Shown: one piece after another, positions 1-12,877 of the stretch | Numbering within the stretch: the first letter of the stretch is position 1 | Layout: every line of letters begins with the position of its first letter | Origin: the human T2T-CHM13v2.0 reference genome, Homo sapiens | Assembly (NCBI RefSeq): GCF_009914755.1 | Contig: NC_060940.1 | DNA: 64,000 nt | Direction: 5' to 3' (one strand) | Translations under genes and position numbers: made by a program | Notes under the pieces: model-generated | What the model saw: the letters and a program-made list of their open reading frames with translations, nothing else | What the model was told of the DNA's origin: nothing | Database searches by the model: none

Positions 1-611
1 TCCCTGGCAGTCCAGTCTGATCCAATGGTGCCTTCTGTCTGACTAATCCATTGTATTGCCCAGTTTTATTTTCCTGATTGAAATATCAGGATCCCCAGTC
101 TTCTCGATTACGTCGTTGTTGGCTCTTTATGGTCCATCTCCCCTCTAGAATGTAACTTCCAGGAAGGCAGGGATCAAGCTTACCTTGCTTCCCTTTGAAT
201 CCTGGCTCGGAGGATGGACTCTGCATGAGATAGGCACTAAAAGACTGTGACATTAACATTCTGGTGTTTCTCTGAGAGGACTCTAGTCGCGGTTTGCCTT
301 GCCCTATGGACAGAGAAAGAAAGATTTTAATCCTTCTCAGAGTCGAAGCTCTTTTACAGGCATCATCCCGAATACACTTGATAGTCACACTATCACTTTC
401 CTCCTTACCTAACATTGCGGCTGCTGGTCCTCATCCCTTGTACCATGTTTAAAGAATATTGATCCTGAAGGTAAATTTCAGTTATATACAAAAGAAAGAT
501 AATTACTTAGAATCTGGTTCTGTCTCAATTCACAATGAAGGAAATGAACCAGTGCCTACGGTCCTTTCTTTATCAGAATCTAGAATGTGTGTGTGACCCA
601 GTGATCTAAGA

Positions 612-770
612 CAGAGATGGGAAAACCTCTTTTGTAAAGGGCCAGAGGGTGGATGTGTTGGTGGGATGGACGTCGTAACTATTCACCTCCGTCAAAGCGG
701 CATGGAAACAGATGAATATAAGCAAATGGCTGTGGCCACGTTCCGTCAAACTTTATGAAACTGATTTCCA
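612..770. mobile_element. MER58-like hAT-Charlie DNA transposon fragment
   Basis: aaacctcttttgtaaagggccaga ... aaatggctgtggccacgttcc...aaacttta resembles MER58A. Confidence 0.5.
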
Positions 771-871
771 AAAAGTAAAAGTCAGTTTCTACAGTTACAG
801 CAGGCACACTTCTATGTTTTTTGCACTGACGCTGTAATTTTCTGTTTATCATTATTGATTGTGTTATCTAC

Positions 872-1214
872 TGTCTTAGTGTGTTCAGGCTATTTTAACA
901 AAATACCATAAACTGAGAAACTTATAAACAACAAAAATGTATTTCTCACAGTTCTGAAGGCCAAGGTCAAGGCAGATGTGGGGTCTGGTGAGGGCCCACT
1001 TTGTGGTTCATAGAGGGCATGTTCTTGCCATGTTCTCACATCGTGGAAGGACAGGGGGTCTCTGGGGCCTTTTTTATAAGGGCATAAATCCCATTCGTGA
1101 GGGCTCTGCCCTCATGACCTAAGCGCCTCCCAAAGGCCCTGCTCTTCTAATACATTACCTTGGGGGTTAGAATTTCATTGCGCTTTTGAGGGAACACAAA
1201 CATTCAGACCATAG
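872..1214 (-). mobile_element. MLT1A-type MaLR solo LTR
   Basis: tgtcttagt...aaataccataaactg...tatttctcacagttctg...aaacattcagaccatag is the reverse complement of the MLT1A consensus. Confidence 0.8.
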
Positions 1215-1699
1215 TTTCTCCTGTTCTTTCACTTTGGAAACTTCCTGCTAGGTAATACCTTTTATAAAACGCCATGGAGTGACTTGGGGCCACACTGTTA
1301 GGGTGAATGCATTTTAAAAGACATCTCATCAGTGCACATTTTCTAAAAGCACTTCTAGTTTAAGAGGATCAATCTTGGCTCTTGAGGAGCTTCTGGGCTC
1401 GTGTTAGTGAGGATAAGCCCAAGCTTGTCACCGTTCAAAAGTTTTAAAGATAATTTTCAAGAAATGATGTTTATAAACACCTGCCCAAAGGTCATGTGAT
1501 CTGGCTATGTGAGACCCTTTTGTTCTTGAAGTAAGCTAGATAAAAGGCAGAAACAAATGCAGCCCAAACCATTTTACTGCTCAGAGAATCTTCTTTTGCA
1601 ATTTACCGTGAAGCTGTCTGTCTGTTGCAGGCTGTAGACTGGCAGTCGATAGAGGTATGGAGTTGGTCCACATAGTTGCTTTTGTTTTTTTTAAAAAAT

Positions 1700-2290
1700 A
1701 ATTAGTTTGACCAATATTAAAACATAGATGAATTTTAGCCCCACCCTAGTGAAACACTTGCCCACGAACACCAGGAGAAACACAGCCATGTTCACAGCAT
1801 CGCTCACGATGGCAAAACATTCCACACAACTTAGATATCCATCGATAAGAGAGTCGATTTTTAAAAAGTGTGTTACAGCATAGAAATCAACACAGCAAGG
1901 AAAATGGATGAACCTCAGCTGTGCACATCAGTTTGGATGGATCTAATGAAAATTGTGTGGCTCGAAGAAAGCGAGTTACAGCCAAACACATTCGTAAGAA
2001 TATGAGAAAAGTGTAGAATGGAACAGGAGGTAGGTTAAGAATTCACACTTGTGGGAAGCTATACGGAAAGGCAAGGGCATGGTAACCATAAAAATTAGGG
2101 TTGTGATCATGGGAGAGGGCCAGCATTGGAGAGAGGTTCTCAAAAGTTCCAGAGGTTCTGTACCTTAAGGTGGTACACAGGTATATGTCTTGTTATGGTT
2201 CCTCATTTCCTATATGTAGATATGCATTAGTTATTCTCTTGCATGCTTGAAGTGTTTTGTAATTTAAAAAATTAGATGTTCTGGAAGCAT
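1700..2290 (+). mobile_element. Old L1M (L1ME-like) 3' fragment
   Basis: Degenerate L1 3' motifs (atgttcacagcatc, tatccatcgataagaga, tggatggatct); boundaries approximate. Confidence 0.55.
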
Positions 2291-2709
2291 TGGGCTGATG
2301 ATTTCCACATAGCAGCGGTTCACTGGGCGGAGTCACAGCTGAGTCCTTGAGAATGACGTGCACCTTCTGGTTTATCACAGTACTTAGCTGTACTCTCCCT
2401 CCTATTCCCCCAGCTGAGCCTGTCTTGCCCATTTTCAGTGGCGTTTGAGGTTTGGATGTCTGGCCCTGGGATGTTAGGGGATACAGCCTGTTGAAAATGG
2501 TCATAGTGTTTTCTGTTAACACATTGGTAAGGCAGTTGTTGCCTATGCATATCGTGTGTAATAAGAATGATTTCTACCTGAGAGAAATTTTTCCCAGGCC
2601 TAAGTAGCAGGAATGAGTCCCTTGACCAAGTGGTCAGATCTTTTGGAGGCTGTGAATCCTATCACTGTTTTTTGTTTTTTTTTTTTGCCTTGACTTCTAA
2701 GAAGCTTGA

Positions 2710-3231
<522 letters not shown>

Positions 3232-4373
3232 TAAGAATATTACTCCATAATTCACTTGTTTATATAAGTGGCCATATTTTTTTAAAAAGAGAGGATATGA
3301 ACTATAAACTCTCATTTACCTAGCATGATGGCAGAATATGATTTTACGAGAACATTCTGGAAAGCTGAGCTTTATTCAGAATGTTTTATTCACAAAGCTG
3401 CCTTGATCATCTATTTCAGCTGTGCATGTTACTAATTTTCCAAGAATGAGAATATAATTAAAATACACTTAATGCTAAAATGCAACTGAACATAATTTGA
3501 TCTTCGATAATTTAGAAGGCAGTTAAAGAGCGTGCTGTGCCTCAAGGCTGTAATTAGGAACATCAATTATCATAGTGTGACACTATAAAAATCTGGTTAT
3601 TTCGGCTTTCTAATGATTTGAAATCTGTGGGAACTAGAATTTCGAGTCTGTGCATGCAGTCTGTGTATATATAGGTCTTTTGAGCCCCTCATATGAGCAG
3701 TTCATACATGTTTTCATAGCTGATGAGTGTGAGAAAGGAGAGGCCACCTGACAAGTCTTGGCAGAGGTGTGACGAGGTTAGACTCAGGTGTTGCGAAGAT
3801 CCCCCCCGGCCACGGAGTGGTATCAGGACTGGAGCAGGGCAAGGCTAAGGCAGTAATCCCTGCCCAAGGTGACAGGGACCAAAGGGCACAGCGCCGAGGG
3901 CGTCAAGCCCTAGGCATTTTAGCTGCCAGTGACTGTGACACTGGCAGGTCCCTTCACTTCTCTGGGCACACTTGACCATCTTCAGAAGGAGCAGGAGTGT
4001 GGAGCCATAGGCCAGAGGAAAAATCAGTGGTCCTGAGCCTGTCCTCATGCCTGATTTAAAATTTTGCTATTTTGTTCTCCATAGATTTATTTTTTTGGCA
4101 TTAATTTTGATATTTCAAAACATTGCATGGAAATATTATTTATCATGATTACTGAGCTTTTTGCCACCTCCTTAAATTTTGCACCTAGATGCCTGGGCGT
4201 TGTGTATCCAGACTCCGAAAACTTCTGAATGGTGCCATTCCTAATTACAATTTTTAATTATAATTCTCTGGGCTTTGAATACAGAAAGACTGTGTTTCCA
4301 CTTAGAATTTGGTCAAAGCCCTTGTCCTTTTCTGTACATCAGGGTGGAGTACCGACGAGCTGTAACCTGTTCG

Positions 4374-5024
4374 GATTTAAAAGGCTCTGTAATATGCCAA
4401 TTCTCCAGCCAAAGATTCTATTTCAACAAACTGCAAAATGAATTGAATGTCTGTTTAATTCATTTTAAATAGTCCTCGTTTTATACTGGAGGACACGGTT
4501 CTCTCTGTGGCCTTAACAACCTGACTCACCATCTGTCTCACACCCTCCCTCAGCCAGGCACCTGCATGTAAAACCATTCATCCTCATGATCATATGAGGG
4601 GCCCTCTCCTCTGAACCTCCATTTCCCTCTTCTTAAACAGTTTGTGAACAGACTATTTTATTTTAGCAATGGATTTCAGAATAGTGCTCTGTCAACTGGA
4701 ATGGCTTTGATATAGAAAGAGTTGCATCGAAATTCTGTGTACTCTTAACCACTGTGGGTCTACATTTTCTCCTCACTCACACGGCATGGTGATGCCAACT
4801 GCATATGGTCATGAGGATGAATGGTTTTACATGCAGGTGCCTGGCCGAGGGAGGGTATGGGATAGACGGTGAGTCAGGTTGTTAAGGCCACAGAGAGAAC
4901 AATGTCCTCCAGTATAAAACGAGGTCTGTTTAAAATGAATTAAACAGACATTTAATTCATTTTGTAGTTTGTTGAAATAGAATCTTTGGCTGGAGAATTA
5001 GCGTATTACAGAGCCTTTGAAATC
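4374..5024. repeat. Inverted repeat: arms 4374-4596 and 4802-5024 (223 bp each), 205-nt spacer
   Basis: Manual alignment gives 15 mismatches and no indels (about 93% identity). Confidence 0.95.
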
Positions 5025-5875
5025 TTTGTCCTTTCCTGGCCAGGGCTGAGCGTGTAAATGCCTTTGAATACGTGTTTCGCTGTCTTTGTAACTACATTCC
5101 CTCCAGCGGAAATTGAAGGCAACTTTCAAGTTTAATGATGATTACACTGAGTTAGGCCCCTGCTGATGGCAGCACTCCTGCTGCAGCGGCATGGTCTTTG
5201 GGGATAATATTCAATATTGCTTCCCCAGCACTTTAGAAATTCTTCAGAAAAGTTACTAGGGATCCGATAGCAAAGGACAACCTTGTCAGCCGAGCTGTCC
5301 TATGTAACTCCCTGGTGGCCAGCCCCTAGTTTGGGCAGAAGCTTTGTCTTTTGGGGAGGTGGGTAGAGTGACTGTTCTTCAAGGGTTTGCCATAAGAGAG
5401 GGCTTCGGTGATCGCAGGAACACAAGCTTCAGGGCTGCCTGCACCCCCTTGTGCAGGGAAAGGGTGTGAGGGAAGTAGAGTCATCCTTTGGAGGGACCCG
5501 GAGTAGATGCTTAGTATGGGCCTTACAAGGGAGGGGAGTTCCCTGAATTGGGCCCCTCTCCTCTGAACCTCTGTTTCCTTCTTCTTAAACAGTTTGTGAA
5601 CAGGCTATTTTATTTTAGCAATGGATTTCAGAATAGTGCTCTGTCAACTGGAATGGCTTTGATATAGAAAGAGTTGAGTTGAAATTCTGTGTACTCTTAA
5701 CCACTCTTGGTCTACATTTTCTCCTCGCTCACATGGCATGGTGATGCCATCTGCATATGATCACGAGGATGAATGGTTTTACATGCAGGTGCCTGGCCGA
5801 GGGAGGTTGTGGGATAGATGGTGAGTGCGGTTGTTAAGGCCACAGAGAGAACTGTATCCTCCAGTATAAAATGAG
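4598..5875 (+). repeat. Direct duplication 4598-4923 / 5550-5875 (326 bp each)
   Basis: Both copies run from gg(g/c)ccctctcctctgaacctc to cctccagtataaaa(c/t)gag, roughly 90% identical by eye. Confidence 0.95.
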
Positions 5876-6387
5876 AAATGCAATTCCTGTCATTAAATGA
5901 GGTGATGTCACTAACATCATGAGGACAGTGCCAGGCGTGTGGAATTCTCACATTTGTGAATGTTGAATGGGGTATGGATGCTTTCATGCAGGGCTGGTCT
6001 GGGTACAATTTTGTCCCCACTTTATTCTGTGTCTGGACAGAGTTGGGAAGCTTAATAGGTGTCAAACATTTGCCTGCTTAATGCCTAGGCCAAGAAGAGG
6101 GGAGAAGTTGTCAGCAGTAGAATGTAGAGGCTACACAGGGTCATGAATGGTCTTGGATTTGCCGAAGCCTGGAATGGCGTGGAGAATCTGTCTTGAGGGC
6201 CTGCCTGTCTGCACAGTGGTCAAGGCCTAGATGCCTTTGCTAGGCTCGGCCTTGGCTGGTAGGCACCAATGTAGCCATCAATGGCAAAACACACCTCCAT
6301 CGGTCAGCAAAGTCCTGCTACCCTGAGATCCTCTCATGGTGACGTTCACTTCCCCAATGACCCTGACCTTCTGAACTCCTGGCCCAC

Positions 6388-7880
6388 CAAGAGATGGGAG
6401 AGAAGAGGTGGGCTTCCTCTGCAATCAGGGTCTGTTTCAGTTGTCTTCAGGACAAACAACGTTTGGTGTAGACAGAGTGCTGTGTTAGCCACTGAACCCA
6501 TCCCTCATTCTGCCTTCATGGTGCTCATATGGGAGAGATGCACAGACAGGGTCTACCTCAGCTCTGGCCTCCCAGTGTAACAGTAGCCTACAGCCTGCGA
6601 GGGCTCACTGCTGAAGGTGATGCATGGTCTCTGCTCTGAGGGTTTTTCCCCAACCAACAGCAGAGATGGCACCTCGCTGGTGGTGCTGACACCCGGCAGG
6701 CAGGCACATTTATGCCTACTGCTCATCTGTCCCCACCAGGTGGCATTCCACAGAATCACCTGCTCATGGTGGCTTCTGGGTCCCACAGCCTCTACTGTGT
6801 ATCATTCTGATTGTCCAGTAATGTGAACGTTTCCCTCATGGGGTGTGGGGTATTTACGGATTTCATCCAGGCTTTGGGTGGCATGTTATCCCTTCTGCAG
6901 GGATCAACCTCTTAGTAGCGGCCACATCCTGGATTGTTGCTGTAGCCTGGCACTTCTGGGGCCCTCTGCAGATACTGTCATTAATCCTCAGGTCACTCAT
7001 GCCAGGTGGGTGCCATCGTCATCCCTCCTTCATGTTTGTCAACTTGTTGTGCACTCCTCCGGAGTGCCTTCCGTGTGCTAGTCACGGCTTCGAGTGCCAG
7101 GGATAAACAGGAAACAAGACAGAAAAAATCCTCGACTTCTAAGGTATAAGGCAGACTCTTGCAATGCCTGTGTAATATTTTCTACTGCTATTTACACATA
7201 AATGGTATTTCTAGATGGGTACAAATTAAACACGAGTCCATCAGTTTCTCAGCTGGAGAGTCTTGACAACATGTAAGGATTTATTTATCTAATGAGCAAA
7301 AGAAACAAGAACGCCTGCCTGCAAGTCCCGGTGGCTGCAAGTGTGATTATGTAAGCTGTCCGTTATATCGAAAAGTGCTAGAAGACTCTTAAGCCTGTTG
7401 CATGTAGGAAGGAGAGAATGAGTCGGGGAAATGCAGGTCACAACCAGCTGGGGCTAATGGGACAAACATAAATGGTTATGGCAGAGACTGTTACAAAGGA
7501 AACCTCACTTTGAGAGAGGCAATGGAAAGGTTGTCTCTCTTTGGGCCATTAGCATTGACAGAACCTGCTCTCAGATTACCCACCAAGTGTGTTTCGGAGT
7601 TATTTGGGGGTTCTGCAACCCTGCTGTGATTTCTATATACAGCAAGAGATGGGAGAGAAGAGGTGGGCTTCCTCTGCAATCAGGGTCTGTTTGAGTTGGG
7701 TTCAGGACAAACAGCCTTTGGTGTGGACAGAACGCTGTGTTAGCCCATCCCTCATTTTGCCTTTTTGGTGCTCAAGTTGGGGAGATGCACAGATAGGGGC
7801 TACCTATCTAGCCTCCCAATGCAACAGTAGCCTAAAACCTGCGAGGGCTCACTGCTGAAGGCAGTGCATGGTCTCTGCTC
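6388..7880 (+). repeat. Direct duplication 6388-6636 / 7643-7880
   Basis: Both begin caagagatgggagagaagaggtgggcttcctctgcaatcagggtctgttt and end tgcatggtctctgctc; small indels between copies. Confidence 0.93.
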
Positions 7881-8489
7881 AGTTATTTATCCCTCTGGAA
7901 GCCCTTCTTCCCTGATCCCCCCACAAGTAACCTGTCCCCTCCCATCTGTTGCTCTCTTGGCCCCTCTGTCTCATTTTTCTTGGTAGCACCCAGCAGAGAC
8001 ATTTATTTGTGTCCTGTCTGGCTTCTCCATTAGCTTGTCCACTCTTTGAGGGCAGAGACTGACTTGTTCACCATGGTGTCCCAGAGCCCAATGTGGCACC
8101 TGTCGTCACATAGTAGGTCTTTTCTGAGCATGTGGTGAAGGAATGGGTGCCCACAGTGATTCTCAGAGGGAGGTGGGTTCTCACTCGTTACTTGAAGTGA
8201 ATGTGTTCAACACTCTTAAATCGCTCCCGCCAGTTAGTATCTGGCTGCAGGTATTGAGTGGTTTGGAGGAATTGGAAGGGTTTCCTTTAGAAAGGGCAGT
8301 GGAGTTGAAGGCACCTGCGTAGGTGTCATGCAGTGCCTTTGACCATCCCCTACCCTTGGTCTGAAGTCTGTGTGTATCCCCTCAACTCTGCAGCTGAAGT
8401 TCCAGCTTGGTGCGAGTTTGTATTTTGTCTTGATACTTCTTGAGCTAAATATGCAGCAGAGTTCAATCAGAAGCAGGATCACCAAGATA

Positions 8490-8650
8490 AACACAGACGT
8501 GTGCACGCACGCTTGCACACATGGATGTGTGCACACATATATGTACACACACGCATGCACGCACATACATACACATGTGCACACATGCACACACATGCAC
8601 ACATACACGTGCACACACACATGCACACACATGCATGCACATACACACTG
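8490..8650. repeat. Degenerate (CA/CATG/TACA)n microsatellite
   Basis: Direct reading; it generates the HT/CV-repeat ORFs in the track. Confidence 0.95.
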
Positions 8651-8807
8651 CATAGTTGACATACGGTGTTTACCGCTGCACCAGCTAAAGTTCTCTCATG
8701 TCAGAGATCATACATGCATTGCATTAGGAGAGACTCACCGAAATGCTACTTGACCCTGAAAAAAGGATGTAACAATGAGATAATACTCCAGCTTCAAAGG
8801 CAAGGTT

Positions 8808-9320
8808 CTCATTCCCCTCCTAGGTTTTTATCCTAGAGAAAAGGAAATACACGTTCACACAAGGACTTGTGCACAAATGTTCAGAGCAACTTTGTGTTAG
8901 CCAACTAGAAAAGGCCAAATGGCCATTGGCAGTGAAAAGATACACAAGTTGTGTCAAGGAGGAATGAACCATTGGCACGCGTAACAGCATGGATGAATCT
9001 CAAAATAACTGTGTGCCAAGTGAAAAAAAAAAAAGACCATAAGGAGCATATGCTGTATGATTCCATTTATAGAAAACTCTGGAAAATGCAAACTAATCTA
9101 TAGGGACAGAAAGCAGATCACTGGCGTCTGGCGACGGGATGGGAGGGTGGCATTACCAGGAGTCTGAAGGAACCTTTGGGGGTGGTGGACATGTTCTGTG
9201 TCTTGTGATGGGGGTTTCACAAACGTAAACATATGTCAAAACTTGTCAGAAGGTATTCTTTAAATATGTGCACTCTGCTGTCTGCTGGTTAAACCTCAGT
9301 GAAGCTTAAAAAAAAAATAA
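8808..9320 (+). mobile_element. L1MB/L1MC-type 3' fragment with A tail
   Basis: attcccctcctaggtt...cctagagaaa, catggatgaatctcaaaa, tgtatgattccatttatag, and a terminal A run. Confidence 0.8.
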
Positions 9321-11515
9321 AGGCAAGGTGGGAACTGCCCAGGGCATCCTGGCACATAGGAGCAGTGCCCTGCTGCAGGAAAAAACGTCTCAAAATCCAT
9401 CAATTCAGGGCAAAATAACGAAGAAGTAGCACATCCCCCACAGGGGAGGTTTGTTCTTTCCTAAATAACAGCTGTGGGAGAAGGGAAGGAGGTAAGTGAT
9501 GAGATGGGGCTTTCCTGGGAGGACCATAACTTAGTTATAAATTATAATAAAAAGACAGTGAATAAGGTTTCTTGTAAAAAGAAAGTTATAAGTGAGGGCT
9601 GGTCCTTCCTAATCAACTCGATAGGGCAGAGCTGCATTGCTAAAAAATTAAGCTCTTCATTTGAAACCCTGTTGGGAACTTCAGGGAGTTTTTTTCTGAA
9701 CCCCCCGCCCCCTACCCTAGGTAAAGAAACTTCTTTCTAACCTTTCAGTGCCTCTCTCCCAGAGCTTGCTGGATTGAGTAGAGATCTTTCCTACCAGGTT
9801 CCATTACAAAGGGGACAGGAATTGAAGCCCCTGCTCCAAACACAGCCTCTCACCCCATGACATTATTTGCACCCCTGTCCAGGTGTTAGTTTCTCTGGGC
9901 AGCCCATAGGGACCTCCCAGGCAGGGCTCACACCCTCCTCCGTCCTCCTTTCCTGGCTCCTGGCTTCCTCTGCTGGCTGGACTGCACCATGCTGGCCGCC
10001 TCCCATTTCCTCCAGGAGATGCAGGGCGGTTGAGCTTGCAGCTCCCTCTGCCTGAAATGCTCTTCCCAAGGCCGATGGCCCGTCCGCCTTTAGGTCTGAG
10101 CCCTCCCTTCCTTGAGATGGCGTGGCTGGCCATGCCTAGATTCATCTCCAACCCTTCACCCGGCTTATTTCCTTCGGAAAAACACAGTCTGTTACTTGTT
10201 TCTTTGTATGTTGTCTGTCGCCAATTCCAGTGTGAGCTGCTGGAGGCAGAGAGCTTGGCCATCTCTGTACATCTCTGCTGTATCTATGGCACCTGGAGCA
10301 GGATGGCAGCCTAAAACTGGGGCTTGTTTTAGTGAGAGTGTTGGTTTAACTTAACATAGCTTATCATTGGGTTAAATAAGATAGAGTTATCTCTATCTTT
10401 GCATAAAAGTATGAAGTGGTAGGTGTGGGGTGGGTAGGCAGCTCTTTTCCATGAGGAACCGGGGCCCAGGTTTCTTCTGCTTTGTTACTCCACTGGCCTG
10501 TGGGAAGGGTGTGTGATCCAGAAGTTGCTCACATCACTAATTTCCACATCCTGCTGGGCAGAGTTTAGCTACTCAGGTGGCTGCTCTGAGCTGCAAGGGA
10601 AGCTGGGAAATGTAGTCTTTATCTTGCAGCCTTGTGTCCAGCTACAACTTGGTGGGTTTTTTAACTCAAAGGCAAAAAGGATATTGGGGGCTATTTAGCA
10701 GCTGCAGTGCTTGATCTGTATTTGATGAATGAATGAATGTCCCCATCCCAGCCCCCTGCACTTCCATCTAGCACAGCACTTGCTGCGCTGTCGTTTAGTC
10801 AGGGCTTGCTCCTCTCTGAATTTCCAGCGCTCAGCCAGAGCCTGGGTATAATAGACACTTAGCAGAGGTTGAGTTGAAAAACTGGCAACTGCACTGTAGA
10901 GACTTTACCTTAACTCTGGGCCATTGGTGAGAGTGAGGGTCTGTTTTTGAGAAAACCCTGTTCGTCTGCAGGAAGAGCTTTCCTTGTAAATGTAGATGAA
11001 AATGAAGTGTCCCATTGAGGCAGGTTTTACCCGGAAATAAGCTCCACGAGCCAGAAGCAGAGGTGAGGCGTGAGGGCAGGGGAGGCCAGGGGGTCTCGCA
11101 TTTCTTGGGAGCTTAAGATCTCGTACTTCATCTCCCCCTCCTCAAGAACCTTCTTTGCTGAGTGTCAGATGTTTCTGCTTGGCTTTGGGACAGAGGGGGA
11201 GAGCTTCCAAGTGGTCCTATTGCTTAAACAATTTATAGGCCAAATAACTTCCATGGTAAGGGAGAAACTGATATTCGTGATGTATTATTTACTGTTAGGC
11301 AATGGAGATAGAGGATGTTTTACTGAGTTCACACTCAGACATTCCTGTGACCATTCTAAGACAACCAGTTCTACCTCATCCTGAGACTGCTTTAAAAGCC
11401 CTTTCACAGAAGGCTGTGTGGCTTGCCAGAGGTGGGATGGCCTTCCGAGTCAGGGGGATCTGGCTTTTCAGGTCTAGCATTGTCATAAAGGAGCTTCGGA
11501 CCCTGGGGAGACTTT

Positions 11516-11818
11516 TTGTTTTCTGTTTTTTTTTTTTTAGATGGAGTATCACTCTGTCACCCAGGGTGGAGTGAGTGGGGCGATCTCGGCTTACTACAAC
11601 CTCCGCCTCCTGGGGTCAAGTGATTCTCCTGCCTCAGCCTCCTGAGTAGCTGGGACTATAGGCGCCCACCACCATGCCCGGCTAATTTTTGTATTTTTAG
11701 TAGAGACGGGGTTTCACCATGTTGGCCAGGCTGGTCTTGAACTCCCAACCTTAGATGATCCACCTGCCTCGGCCTCCCGAAGTGCTGGGATTACAGGCGT
11801 GAGCCACTGCACCTGGCC
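11516..11818 (-). mobile_element. AluS, full length
   Basis: T tail, both arms, taatttttgtatttttag linker, ends cacctggcc. Confidence 0.95.
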
Positions 11819-12488
11819 TGGGTTTTTTTAAACCTCTGAGAAGCTTGGTTGATGTGTCTGTGAAGTAAGGATAATTATGCCTACACCCTGAGTTGTAGAA
11901 GGGGTAAAATGGGGTTGCCTAACTACAGGATCACCCCAGGGCCTTTATACCTGCCCTTCTCTCTTCCGGGAAAGTCCCTGCCACCATGGCTTGATAAGTT
12001 CCTGCCAGATGAGAAGTGCCCTTCCATGACCTGCCAGTATGAACTGGGGCAGCCTCCGTCAGCCCTCTTGTGGAATTCCATCTATCCCTTGCAGCATCGT
12101 CCCAGCTCTGAATTCGGTGGTTCTTCTTGTGAGCGTTTGTTTCATGTGTGTTATAGCAGCTGACTCAGGGCCCCATGAGGGCAGGGAAGTCTCAGTTCTG
12201 CTCATTGTTGCATCCCCCACACCTCACCCCATGCCGGGTATGGAGTCTTAATTGCCCCATTGGTATCAGTTGAGTCAGTGATTCTGTATGTGACAGATGA
12301 TCAGTAAATTAGAGCCAATCCAGTTGAATCCTATGACAATGGCTTCCTATAACATAGAGGGTATTTATGATCCTTGCTTTACAGCAAATGAGACTGAGGC
12401 TCAAAAACAACCATCTGGCTGTTAAGTGGAGGGCCTAGGACTCAAGTCCAGTTCTTTGGTTTCTAAGCTAATCATTCTTTTGCTTATG

Positions 12489-12802
12489 TTTATTTTTAAT
12501 TATTTATAGAGTCAAGGTCTCACTCTCTTGCTCAGCCTGGAGCATAGTCGTGCACTCACAGCTCACTGCAGCCTCCAACTGTTGGGCTCAGGTGATCCTC
12601 CCACCTCAGCCTCCTGAGTAGCTGGGAGGTCACAGGTGCATGCCACCAGCAGGCCTGGCTATTTTTTTATTTTTTTTAACCTTTGTACAGCTGGGGTCTT
12701 TCTGTGTTGCCCAGGCTGGTCCCAAACTCCTGGTCTCAAACGATTCTCCTGCCTTGGCCTCCCAAAGTACTGGCATTACAGGCATGAGCCACTGTACCCA
12801 GC
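12489..12802 (-). mobile_element. AluJ
   Basis: Dimeric Alu with J-type motifs (cacagctcactgcagcctc, gggctcaggtgatcctccc). Confidence 0.9.
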
Positions 12803-12877
12803 TTGTTAATTGTAGAAGTACCTGTTGGATGAATGGTCTGCAGATGTAACATATGCACATAGTTTATACCTGAAAGA

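Noticed and set aside
8234-8753. His/Thr- and Cys/Val-rich ORFs
   Set aside because: Translations of the CA-type microsatellite.
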